DNA of 61,313 bases, the filler included, from Sphacelaria rigidula (lineage: Eukaryota): NCBI GenBank assembly GCA_964200075.2. It is 8 parts of 8 records of this genome, joined end to end, with 100 filler letters (N's around TTAATTAATTAA, not from the genome) between each part and the next. Parts side by side here need not be neighbours in the genome. Positions count along the whole stretch, not along the records: positions 1 to 7,577 come from CAXNAA020014263.1; positions 7,678 to 15,254 come from CAXNAA020014264.1; 6 more parts are not named here. One strand, written 5' to 3'. A program made the translations under genes and the position numbers. Below, in pieces: positions 1 to 11,192 of this stretch. The notes under the pieces were generated by a model. It did not search any database. It was not told the origin of the DNA and was given only the letters and a program-made list of their open reading frames with translations. Position 1 is the stretch's first letter, and the number at the start of each line of letters is the position of its first letter.

Positions 1-1390
1 GGGCACAGCTAGCGATACATCGTCAGTTACAACGGGCTGAAGGAAAGTGAGCTTCTTGGGCGGCCCAGCCTGTATTGAGACTCTCCCCTCGAGCAAGTCG
101 AAGGGCAACGTCCAAAATCATGGATATTTAGGCGTAACTCATCACGACAATATTTTTTTCCGTATTGTTTCTCTTGCGCGTCAACCTTATTCATACGGGT
201 CGTTCAAGCTATAGAAGGTACCCGTACCCAAAAACGTAGAGAAATGGCTTCGGGCCTTCACTAACAATACGCCACCGTAATAGCGCAGATACCAAAGCCG
301 CATGGCTTGTTGAGAAGCAAGACACATGAGTGGCGAATAAATCAGGAGAGCCAGTAGAGATTTTACGCAGTTCCTTGCAGCTTTGTCGAACAATGCTGAG
401 GGCGCTGCTGTTGCAGTGGCCTTCTCGCAGTCGTCAGTTGCTTCGCCAATGTAAAAAATAATTGGGGATAGTAAACGAAGCGCGGAGGTCCGAGCAACCC
501 ACATGGTAACAAGCCCCAGAAAATTGACCACAAAGTATCAATAACAAACAGGGATGCGAATCGCGCACAAGACATATAGGAAATTTTGCTTCAACAGTGT
601 CCCGACTGTTCTTCATGGAAAACTTTACCACGGGTGAAAACACCCAAGTGAATAGCTGGTTGCTTGCTGGAAGTCTTGCTTGGAAGTTCCCTCACAGGAC
701 AGTACACCAGTAGTATATCATGAGTGTTGGTTCCTGCGTGCCGCACAAGGTTCTCCAAGCATGACCACACTACACGAAGACAGAAACTACAGTAGTACAA
801 GCACGTAAAGAAAGAAGTTACCTTACAATGCGCGCCAGGGGTGTCGACCTGTATGTGGCGCCTGAGCAGGGATTGTGTAGCTGAAACGCATGGTTTGCTT
901 GTTATAATGATGTTGTGTACAATCAATTGTATCCAGCAGATGGCTTACCTTTTAGGAGCGGCGTTGATGCGCCGTGCAATCCTTCGAGTATCCACCTTGT
1001 TCGCGGCTGCGGTCGTCGGGGGGGTTGTTGTGCCGCCACTTCGAGTTTTTCGGAATCAGGCACAAACAGCAGCAGAACGACTGGTTTTATGTACGGAAAA
1101 TTGAGCTCGCTTTTTACAAGTCCATGCCGAGAGGAGCTTGTGCTCCATCAAAGACATATAACTCTTGCTCTGTGAACTCTCTCACCTCAACTCGCTGGTA
1201 CGAACAGCTTCACCGGCCGCGGATCCGTCTGTCCTCCCGAGCTTGCGTGCACGACCCGCCGCAAGAGCGGCCGCGTTGCGCGCTTTCCTCCTCAGATTGG
1301 CGTCACGTCGGGACTCATGCTTGAACTTTGATGCGGATAGAGCTTCAGCATGACGCGCGTCGGATCTACCTCTCGCCTTTATGTCGAGCT

Positions 1391-2615
1391 CACGTTGTGC
1401 TTGAGCTTGGGCGAGGCTTGCTGATAGTCTCGCAGCCCGCTGTTGCTCCAAGGCTTGAAGTCTTTCTAGCCTGTCCTCGTACAAGGCATGGCGCCGTTCT
1501 TCGTTGGGAGACAGAGATGGGTTCGGTTCGGGCGGGCGCCCCTTTTTCGGTTGTATCTCAGCCTCCGGCGTCGAGCGTAAAAACAGGAGAGAGAGTGCTA
1601 GAGCTGTTATATACATGGAAGCAGTCAGCAACCCCATGTTTACGGTTCCTATTTGACATGCGCGCGACCGCCTCTCATGCAATACTGGACGGTTGTCCGT
1701 CAAACAAAGTCTGTCTTGTGTAGATGGTGAGCTTAGATGATGAGCTCAGCTTGAACAATGCGCGTGAGTGGTGGGTGTCTATGCGTTGGTTTCGGACTCG
1801 TTGTGTCGGCGCTGTGCTATGTCGTTGCGCCTTGTCCGCTGCACTACAGTGACATTTGACTACCGTTTACGTCCGACTGCCGCATTTTATACCAGTGCGC
1901 AGATCTCGGCTTCGATCTCAACATAACTGCTTGTCGATGAAACTCGTCACTGGTCGTTGTGGTGGCATCACTTCTCCGAAAGTGATTTTTCGAAACGTGA
2001 TGGGGGCACTTTTGAGACGACCCTTTTCTTCACCTTCACCGCACGTTGGGCTTGAGCTTGGGCGAGGCTAGCTGATAGTCTCGCAGCCCCCTGTTGCTTC
2101 AAGGCTTGAGACCTTTCTAGCCTGTCCTCGTGCATGCCATGGCGCCCTATTTGTTGGGTGACACAAATGGGTTCTGTTCGGGCGGCCGCCCCTTCCTTGG
2201 CGTCATCCCAGGCTACCGCGTGAAGGGTAAAAACATGAGAGAGTGCTAGAGTTGTTGTATACATAAATAGTCAGCAACTCTACGTTTTCGGTTGCTGTTT
2301 TGAACGCACGCCACCGCCTTCAATGAAATACTGGACGGCGTTCCGTCAAACAAAGGCTGTCTTGTGTAGAAGATGAGCTAGTGCTTGAAAACTGCGCGTG
2401 GGATGTGGGCGTCTATGCGTCGGTTTTCTTGGCTTGATGTATCGGCGCTGTGCTACCTCGTTGGTCTTGTCCGCAGCACTACAGAGTTTCCGGGCTAACG
2501 CTGCTTCCAGAACTGCCGCAATTTTTACCTGTACGTAGATCTGTGCCTCGATCTAAACATCATTTCTTGTTGACGAGACTCGTCACTGGTCCTTATGGTG
2601 GCATCACTTCTCGAC
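1391..2615. repeat. Diverged tandem duplication, ~650-bp unit (about 1391-1980 and 2042-2615)
   Basis: Both units run from CACGTTG.GCTTGAGCTTGGGCGAGGCT to CTCGTCACTGGTC..T.TGGTGGCATCACTTCTC; minus-strand ORFs 1182-1703 and 1968-2264 share EDRLER.QAL.QQ.AARLSASLAQAQAQR. Confidence 0.9.
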
Positions 2616-3191
2616 CGGAGAGGTGTTCACCCGACCGGAGACCCTACTCCCCGACGCAAGACAGCAATGCAGAGAGACTGTCTCAACACACAAGGTCTGC
2701 AACGAAGAGTGTGTCTGTTTACTCGATCGTGAGCGGCATGCAGACGCTACCGGCGTTTGGGCACGTGGCCACAAGGTTTTCTTGGGTTGTGCGAAGAGAG
2801 ACATTTAAATACACGTGTACATCGACGAGAAAAGATGAGACGATGTGTTTTTAACCCCGTACACCACCTGCGGGCATAAAGCATGAAAACCACGGGACTA
2901 TAGTTCATACCAGGGCTCACGGTAGTAGACGCACTACGCGTGAGCGATTTCACCACAAACCCATCCGCACGTGGTAGGTCGGCCATGCCCCATACGTGCT
3001 CGAGTATCCATAGGCCACAAATATGTGAATATATGAACGTGCGAAGAAGAAGAGACCCTTTTGTAGAAAATCGAAAGATATACCGTATAGTCGCCCTGCT
3101 ACAGGAAGGCTCAAGAACAGTAGTCCGAAACACCCATAAATCTTCCCAAGTCACCCACCGCGTTCAATCGCGTTTGATCATGACTACCGAC

Positions 3192-3500
3192 AATCGCGTT
3201 CGATCATGCCTACCGAAAAAAAACGCCGCTGGAGATCACTTACCGTGCGGAAAAACAGACAGGCTGGCGCCCTAGAAAGCGTGTACATCTAGCTAGCTAT
3301 TCCAGTTCCGATGTAACAAAAAAAAACAGCACAGGCAGAAGAACCGCGTTCAATCGCGTTCAATCATGCCTACCGAAGAAGAAGCCGCTGGAGATCACTT
3401 ACCGTGCGGAAAAACAGACAGACTGGCGCCCTTGAAAGCGTGTACATCTAGCTAGCTATCCCAGTTCCGACGTAACCAAAAAATCAGCACAGGCAGAGGA
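3192..3500. repeat. Tandem duplication, ~159-bp unit x2
   Basis: AATCGCGTTC.ATCATGCCTACCGAA...GCCGCTGGAGATCACTTACCGTGCGGAAAAACAGACAG...CAGCACAGGCAGA occurs twice in tandem. Confidence 0.93.
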
Positions 3501-4384
3501 AGAACATCTACACGTGTAGATCATCAGTAGGCCTTCTTCGTCTTTTTCTCGAGGGTATTAAATGGGTTCGCAATGCGCCTCTCGATCGCCCCGTCCTGGC
3601 GCTTTCGGAGCTCGGATGCGAACGCCTTGAGGAAGCACCTGTCGCATATGATGTTGTCGCTGCCGTCCTCCCCAACCCTGTTGAGGTTGATCAGGGAGTC
3701 GACCTGGCACTTACACACGCCGCATGAGCCCTTGCCCACCGTTTCCCCGTGGCAATCGGCAACACGTTCATGGCAGTAGACCATCTCGCCGTCATCTGCC
3801 GTGCACCCATGGTACGCCGTGGCAGGCGCCATGTCCGGGTGCCATGTCCTGGCGGCAGGTGGCACACGGCAGAGGATCCTTATCCGTGTCCTTCTGGGTC
3901 TGCTTAACCCAGCTGTTGCACGGGTGACGACACCTGTAAATTGAAAAGAGAGAAAGGGCGAGGGAGATCAAAGTAAAAAAATGACAAGTTGGAAAGAGGT
4001 CATGGTGATGAACGAGACGCTGGCCCAGATTAAATGTGCAGTCTACCCCTCGTTGACGGAGACACTCGTCTTCGGGGGTGCGACGGTTAAGAAGGATAGA
4101 TGATGTCCTGGGCGCTGCACGCTGTAGTCGTTGAGACCGTTCCCGAGAAAAAAATATATCTACCTGGTAAAAGTATAACCACCTATACCAGGAGGAAAAA
4201 GGATCCATCTTCACCTTTTATTTTGACCGATCCCGCGTCGGGTTTTTGCAATTAGAGAGCCCACGTCTTTTAAATCTGTGGCCCGTTACGTATGTTCGCA
4301 AACAAAGTGAACCATTCAGTAGTCAGATAGTAATGTACTGTAGACAGATAGTAACGTACTGTATTGGCAAAGCATAGCTACCTA

Positions 4385-4510
4385 CTGTGTTCGCGAGTAC
4401 AGCCCGTGCATGTAAACTAACGGTACTGTATTGTCTGTGCTTGCGGAGTACAGCCCATGCTTGTAACTTGGCACTATTGTATTGTCTGTGCTTGCAGTGT
4501 ACAGCCTGTA
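4385..4510. repeat. ~52-bp degenerate tandem repeat in the intron, with a further copy near 4822-4871
   Basis: GTACAGCCC.TGC.TGTAAC..GGCACTA.TGTA.TG.CTGTGCTTGC repeated. Confidence 0.75.
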
Positions 4511-5307
4511 CTCGGACATGCAGTAGTACAAGGTTACAAGTGCAGGCTACAGCTGTGCCGTGTTTGCAAAGCACAGCCTATAATTGTAATAGCGTACTGT
4601 TCGCAGAATCCACGGTTTGTAGTTGTGAAAACTCCATACGTCAGACAGCTCGTAACTACCTGGATATGACTTCTTATTAGAGTACTGATCCGGATCATGA
4701 GCTGGCTCATTTGGCCACTATTTTCGTGTTAGCTCCCGACAGCGATGGACGCCGAGCACACGGTGTAGCGGGAAGAGAGCGCTTTGGCTTCTCGGACACT
4801 GCTGCCATGTGTTTTGTGTTTTTGTACAGCCCGTGCTTGTAACGTGGCACTACTGTAATGCCTGTGCTTGCTGTCATCCAACAATCAAATCAGAAATTGC
4901 GTGTGAGCACGCCACGGTTGGCGAAAATAATGCACCTGAAATGTTCGGCCTTCATCATTCGATCATCTATCAACTTCGAGAGTCTCTCGATGATGAACAT
5001 CTCGAACGCATGTACAACCCCCATTCGCATGAGTCTGAACGTCTATTTGAAAAATGATCGCACAGTTCAAGGAAAACGGTAAGCACGTAGAAGACGCAAC
5101 GAAAAACATGAGTGTATACAGCAGCGTTTCCAGCAACATGATCCGACTGTGTAGTGCGGACGCGAGACAAATCATTTTTATCCAGCCCCGTTGATCGTCT
5201 TGGAGGCCCTGTCCCAAAAGGGTCAGCACATACTTTTCCCAACTGAAATGGATGCCGATTCAGCACGTGTCCCGCCCTCGTGGTGAAAGGGTGTGTACAA
5301 ACAGACT

Positions 5308-5590
5308 CGGTCAGCACACCTTCCACGTGCTTACCGTTTCCCTACAACTTTGCGATCCCGCGTCGTTTTTTTCAATTCGAGAGCCCACGTTTTTAATCTG
5401 CGGCCCGTTACGGATGTTCGCAAACAAAGTGAAGCCTTCATGTAATCGGTCAGCACACCTTCCACGTGCTTACCGTTTCCCTTCAACTGTGCGATCCCGC
5501 GTCGTTTGTTTCAATTCGAGAGCCCACGTTTTTTCATCTGCGGCCCGTTACGGATGTTCGCAAACAAAGTGAAGCCTTCACGTAGTCAGT
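5308..5590. repeat. ~139-bp tandem repeat x2 in the intron; partial copy at 4229-4326 and inverted partial copy near 5055-5092
   Basis: CGGTCAGCACACCTTCCACGTGCTTACCGTTTCCC...CGCAAACAAAGTGAAGCCTTCA repeated; reverse complement GATCGCACAGTTCAAGGAAAACGGTAAGCACGT near 5057. Confidence 0.9.
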
Positions 5591-7577
5591 AGGAATACCT
5601 TCACGTAGAAGACGCAATAAAAAAAACGACGTCCGCAGAACTCTTCCGAAGCCACGACTTGCCTAGGAAATATATGTATGCGTTGGTTACTTACTGTAGG
5701 CTGAACGTCGACTGCACCAGGTTGCAGTTGCCGCAGACCAGGCAGCCATTGTGTGTCCCGGTGATATGCCACACTGGAAGCATGTCGAACTCTCTTTTCC
5801 TACTGGGGGGGGTTTCGTCTTAGCTTTAACGTCGTCGTCGCTCATTCACCCTCTCAAAATGTCCTTGATCTTGGCAGCATCATACTCTTTCAGCTTGGCT
5901 TGCTGACGGGCGGGCATCTTCGCGATGTAGGCTTTTTGCGTTGTAGTGAGGGACATGATCGCGGGGAAGATGTGACGTGTTCACGGGAGTGGTATATATG
6001 GGGTGTGGGGGTACGCGAGAAAAATGTCACGGGTGGGAGGGAGTGGTCTGCGAGGGGTCAAACGTACATATTCTGAAAAATGTATTGCTGCGAAAGGTTG
6101 CGCACACTGCAGAAATGCTATGTCGTCTTGTGTTTCGTGTACAAGTCTGCACTCCACATACCACTGCAGAATTGCCTTGTGCTCAGTGTACTACCCTGTA
6201 CGCCAGATGATGGGGTCATATTTTGAGTGGTTCTTGAAAAGTACTCGTTGTTTTTTGAAAAGTTCTCGAAACGTTCTGCTTGTTTTTCTGTCACAAAAAT
6301 CCAATGCCGAATCTGGAATAGCCTGAGATAACAACCAATTTGAAAATTGGAATACAGCGATTTTTGCATGCGACAATCGGCGTACATTTGACTTTTTTTT
6401 CTTTTGGCGCAACACTGTCAGGCAGCTGATGTATGAAGTCTGGGTCTTGATGTAGGGGCCACGGCGGATAGAAGACATGCCAGAACTCCATCTTTGTAGG
6501 CAGCTGAGCGGCAGCGACGGTTCGGCGTCGCATAGTGATGGTGACAATTGCAACGGTCGCGCCACGGGCCTCGCCTTCATGTGCTGCTCCTTCGCAGGTC
6601 TGTGAGCATGGGCACGCGCGGCGGGGATGCCGAGGCGATAGACGACCTCTCGTACGAAGGACAACGAGACGCACCTGGGACACCGGATTTACCTTTGTTT
6701 TTGAGTGTCCACCTCATGGTATGCTCTCGCAGTAGTGCAGATGTTGGCAGCTGATCTTCTTCACCACGGTAGAAGCCCGTGTGTTTGCAATTGCCATTGT
6801 CAGGCGCTGTGATTGTCCGTCGGCGGGTGGGCACATGCTGCGTAATTCTGTTTACGGTAATCTCAGGCAAGGTCTCTGTCGCGGGTGGTGTTCAAAGAGA
6901 TATAGTCACGCACGAGAAAGCCCCTTATGCATAGTCAACATAGCGTAGGCCTCTGAGGTCATGTCCACCGAGCGCTCATTTATCACCGCCCCACCGCCAT
7001 TGCCACCCTCCCTTGATTAACTCATCGCCTACGCCATCACCGCCGACAAGAGGTACAGACATCCGTCAGACGGCAGCGGGAAATTCCGTTGAAGAATCCG
7101 CCGAACGGTCAGGTAGGCGCCGATGCTGCTGACGCTGTGATGGGGTTACGCGTTAGCCCCGTAAACGCGCTCAAGGTTTCGCTTAATGTGAGGTTTTTGG
7201 GCTTACATAAGCCTTTCCTTCAGCAGCTTAAAACGAGCTCAAAAGTTTTGCAAAGGTTATCATGTGCTCGAAATGCGCATGAATATGCGATAATTTTTCA
7301 TGCGCCTCCTGCAGCCATTGTGTCAGCTGCCTGGACGGATCCCCCATGCCTATGGCGTGATAGGCGACTGGTCACCAGACAAGCTTTAATACTTCAAACC
7401 GCCATGGTTGTGGGTCTGATCCGACGAACGTTTCTGGGTATATTTCATATATATGATACTACAGGCTGGTTCACGGAAAAAAAAACAAAACACTCATCGG
7501 CGAAACTTCACGCCGTTTTAACCCTTTTGGGACTGAAGCTCACTGACACCATGTTCACGACGTGTTAGTAAAATAAT

Positions 7578-7677
7578 NNNNNNNNNNNNNNNNNNNNNNN
7601 NNNNNNNNNNNNNNNNNNNNNTTAATTAATTAANNNNNNNNNNNNNNNNNNNNNNNNNNNNNNNNNNNNNNNNNNNN
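7578..7677. other. Artificial contig-joining spacer (N44-TTAATTAATTAA-N44); identical spacers at 15255-15354, 22932-23031, 30609-30708, 38286-38385, 45962-46061, 53638-53737
   Basis: Seven identical 100-bp spacers with stops in all six frames; intervening segments are all 7576-7577 bp, consistent with size-sorted contigs. Confidence 0.98.
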
Positions 7678-8143
7678 CCACCGTCAATCTTTTGGTGCCT
7701 GGTGGGAGCCAATAGCAGGCATCTTGAATGCCGCCGTTCTCCCAGCTCCCCCCCCCCCCCCCCCCTGCCCCCCCTGCTCCCCGTTTCCTGTCTTGAAAAA
7801 AAACTTCAACCAACAATACAGACTATTCCCGGGCACTGACCACACCGCACTCTGTTTCTCCATATACCCTGCTTCTCTTTCGTGCCCTTTCTTATATACC
7901 ACGCTCCGTTTCCACTTCCTCCTTCCCTTCTTTCCTTCCTTCCTCTTCCGTCTCGTTTTCTTGAAAGCATCCTTTGCTCTCTTGCGGGCTCTAATCAAAT
8001 AACACACAAAACAGTGATCGATATTATTGTTCGGGAGACGCAGGCAGCTGCGACCGAGCCAAGAGCGGACAGCAAAGAAACCTAGTGTCCTGCCCCCCTT
8101 CGAGTGACCGACATCCATGTAACAGAAACGTGAGCGCGGCGCG

Positions 8144-8176
8144 CTATTTCCGGCTCAGGCGACCCTCCTTCAAGAC
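8144..8176 (-). CDS. CNOT10: Probable terminal coding exon of CNOT10 (VLKEGRLSRK*)
   Basis: Pyrimidine tract plus CTCAG acceptor at 8177; phase 0 joins the upstream exon to give ...AEALQ|VLKEGRLSRK*, paralleling the ALQIIKR ending of the CNOT10 TPR region. Confidence 0.65.
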   Translation of the reverse strand, partial: VLKEGRLSRK

Positions 8177-10506
8177 CTGAGGGAGCAACGTGGACAGAGC
8201 AAAGGGGTTTTCTCAAGAAGGCGCTTATCACGGCGAGTGGGAACCTCTCTCAAATTCAAGCACATCCAAATCAGGTGTCTGGACTGCGAGCAGTACGAAG
8301 AAGCTCACATGGGTCCTAGTGATTTATAGCATACGCCACACACGGCAACACCATCGACAGCCCTCCCCAACGATACAATAGTTTTAACCCGAACTACTTC
8401 TCTCCCCAGGTATAGTACCTGAGAGCCATTTTTTCTAAAAATCGGGGTTACCATTGAGAAGTTTCCATTCATTTTTTTCTCATTTTCCACCGGTAAAAGA
8501 TGAAGACGACAACTTCATGCTGGACAGGTTTAGTCCCAAGTCCTCATGTTACATCGTCACATCTCATCGTACGGATGTCATACCAGCAGCGCAAGCGCCC
8601 AATAACATCATCACCACCCCGCCAAGAACGACAAGACTATGTCCACTCTATATGAAGCTTTATTGTATTTAAGTTTATTTGCTCTTTACTTTCCTCTTCT
8701 CTTCCTTTTTCTTTGTTCGTTTCAGGTCGGCCATTTCTCTCCCGTGCTTCGCGTGTGTTGACTTCTCTCGTCCTTTTTTTGTTACGCCTTAGTCTGCTAT
8801 GTCGTTCTGTTCGTTTTTTTTTTTTTCACTGTTCCTTCTTTTGTTTCCAGCGTGTTTCATGTTCGTTTTCCTTGGGTATGTCTATCGTGAGACCACGGCT
8901 GGACCCCTTGCGGCTCAGTTAAAGTGCCACAATCAATCAATTAATCATGGAGTGTAGTTGTGGTGTTCATGGTGTTGGGGCTGCGGATGCCCCAAACTGC
9001 ATCAAACTACTCATTATTCGGGGGTGGGGGGTACTCGAGAGTACTCGGGAGTAGAAAACGAAAAACGCGATGGGGGGAAATCGTGCGCATTTCTGTTCTT
9101 TCAAGTCTTAGACAGCGAATGCCGCCTCGGAACAGTTTCACAGGCTGACAGTCCGAAGACATCCGGGGGCTTCCAGTGGGCGGGGAGCGGGGGGACTGTC
9201 TGCCCAGCAGTCGGGAAGCTCACCAAGTCAATCATTTGTGTTTGTAAGTTTCCCGCGGAAGATTGTAAGTCAGGAACGAGGCTCCAGAGGCACGGAGTGA
9301 CCGTTCTGACGAATCACGATCTTCCGCGAGGACTTCTGTCAGTTCAACCCTGGTTCGCTTCACTGATTTCATACTTGCCCCCCTCCCCGCCCACCCCACC
9401 CGGCTGTCTCTGGAAGTGAGTGGCGATACTAAAAAATGAAGCAAATCATTCGAGATTGTCATCCATGATGCAAGATGATTAGTACAAACGTCGGTACGGT
9501 TCGGATCAAACAACCATAGCAGGATGCCGGTCACCCCTCATGCGACTCGCCGAGCATGTCACGGCGCTTCGCGCTCAGCGACTGGGAGCTTTGTCCGGCG
9601 AAAACACGGCGTGCTCTATCCTGGCTTTGCAGGGATGAGAGGTCAATGGTCTCGTGGCTATGGCATGCGATAATACGACAACGCCCCACCCCCCATTATA
9701 TTTCTGTCTCGCTTCCCACCTTCCCCTTTCCTCCTGATGGGCCTCCTGTCTCATGGAACGGTCCCATGTCTCCCCCGGTTATCGGTTATTCTCCAAAATT
9801 TGCACGCTACAATACAGAGCCATCTACGGCGTGTCTGCCACCCCTTCTATATTCTACTACACGCCTTCGATTTCTATCGATGGAAAAAAAAAAAAAGAGA
9901 GTTGCACCGTCAAGAGAGTGGGAGGAACAACTCCGTTGATCATCTAGGGTGAGTCACGGGGCCGAGGCTGTGTGTTCGGTGGGGTGCGTATCGTATTCAG
10001 AGTGTGTGGGTCATACTCCATCGTGTCTAGATGTAGACGAGAGCTCGGATGAGAGGGAACTAGCGTTGTCCTGGTCCGTCATCGGAGTATGACGACACTC
10101 CAGTAACGAAAGTAGACGATGACCTCGAGGTGACGATACATCCGTTCCACAACAGACATTCTTGAGAAGAAAAAAAAATGCAGAAGAACGCTATCTGCCG
10201 CATATAGGTATGTATGAGGACTGGGATTCCCTATGGTGACTCACACACTCTGGGATCATGATTCGTGAGACTATCGCGCAAGCTGTCTACCGTGACTTCC
10301 GATAAAAAAATAAAATAAAAACTTGCACCCTCTCGAGAGATTGATTCGAACCTTGCTTCCCATCACGACTTTTCTGCCTACCCACGATTCCCCTTCATCC
10401 TGTAACGGGTGGTCATCCACGCCAACCTCTACTCGAGTGGTCGGATACTGTACGCACACTCTAGCCAATTGCCCTCCCCCTCCCCCGACACACAAAACAC
10501 ACGAAC

Positions 10507-11068
10507 CTGCAGCGCTTCTGCCACGTTCCCCTGCCGAATCAAAACGTACACCGCCATACGGACCACCGTCGCGCCCCCAGGGCAAATCCCCATCGCCGTC
10601 CGCGCGCATCGCTCCGCCAATACCAAGTTATCTTGCAGCGCATGCACCGCCGCGAGATTCGCATGAAGCGACGCCCGCGCTTCGGCCGCCGCCTCGGCCG
10701 ATAACCCCCCTCCCTGGGCCGCCGCCGCCGCTGCCGCCGCTGCCGCCCCGCTGCCTCTTGCGCCGCCAACAGCGGAGCTATCCCCCCCCCCTCCCGCCCC
10801 CTTCGCGGTGGGCAACACACCCGTAGTGCCCCCGACCCCTGCATGCGACCCGCCGGGGGTTCCACCGCTACTCCCCCCGCCGCTGCCACCGCTGCCACTT
10901 CCGCTGGTGGGAGGGGGGCGTTTACGGTTGTCGTTTGCCCACGCCCCGGCCGCGGCGGCCGCGGCCGCCGTGGCCGATTGCTCGGACAGGGGGGAAAGGT
11001 GATCCAGGGCCTCGGCCGATCTGCCCAGGAGGCATAACGCTTCCGCGGCGTACACATGTGCCAGGTGT
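10507..11068 (-). CDS. CNOT10: Penultimate exon of CCR4-NOT complex subunit 10 (C-terminal TPR region)
   Basis: HLAHVYAAEALCLLGRSAEALDHL and ARASLHANLAAVHALQDNL...MAVYVLIRQGNVAEALQ match CNOT10 motifs (GHLYAAEAL...AITHL; LAVYLELQNGNTQLALQ); AAG acceptor at 11069, GT donor at 10506. Confidence 0.88.
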
Positions 11069-11192
11069 CTTTGGTACGTGCGTGCGTGCGTGCGTGCGTA
11101 TGTGTTTTCGTTTGGGCGGACGCACGGGGTTTGGGGGAGAGGAGGAGCAGGTATACATATACCTTGTGAGCCTTAGTTTACCTGAAAATATA

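Larger units (their letters stand above)
3524..5956 (-). pseudogene. Two-exon Cys/His-rich putative zinc-binding protein pseudogene (~220 aa; exon 1 5956-5695, exon 2 3933-3524)
   Basis: ATG at 5956; GTAAGT donor at 5694; pyrimidine tract plus CAG acceptor at 3934. Phases match (CTA CA|G TGT). Reconstructed motifs CLVCGNC, CRHPC, CATC, HGC, CH, CGVC, CDRC. Lesions: in-frame TGA 5848-5846, likely slip in a C8 run at 5805-5812, and a 13-bp insertion from a duplication at 3828-3849. Confidence 0.7.

Noticed and set aside
187-1350. Short ORFs at the start of contig 1
   Set aside because: No recognisable motifs or splice support; 109-220 resembles 24470-24585, indicating repeat-derived sequence
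7622-7633. TTAATTAATTAA as a biological motif or piggyBac site
   Set aside because: Centred in N-runs and identical seven times; an assembly linker
10323-10826. Pro-rich plus-strand ORFs
   Set aside because: Antisense shadows of the GC-rich CNOT10 exon
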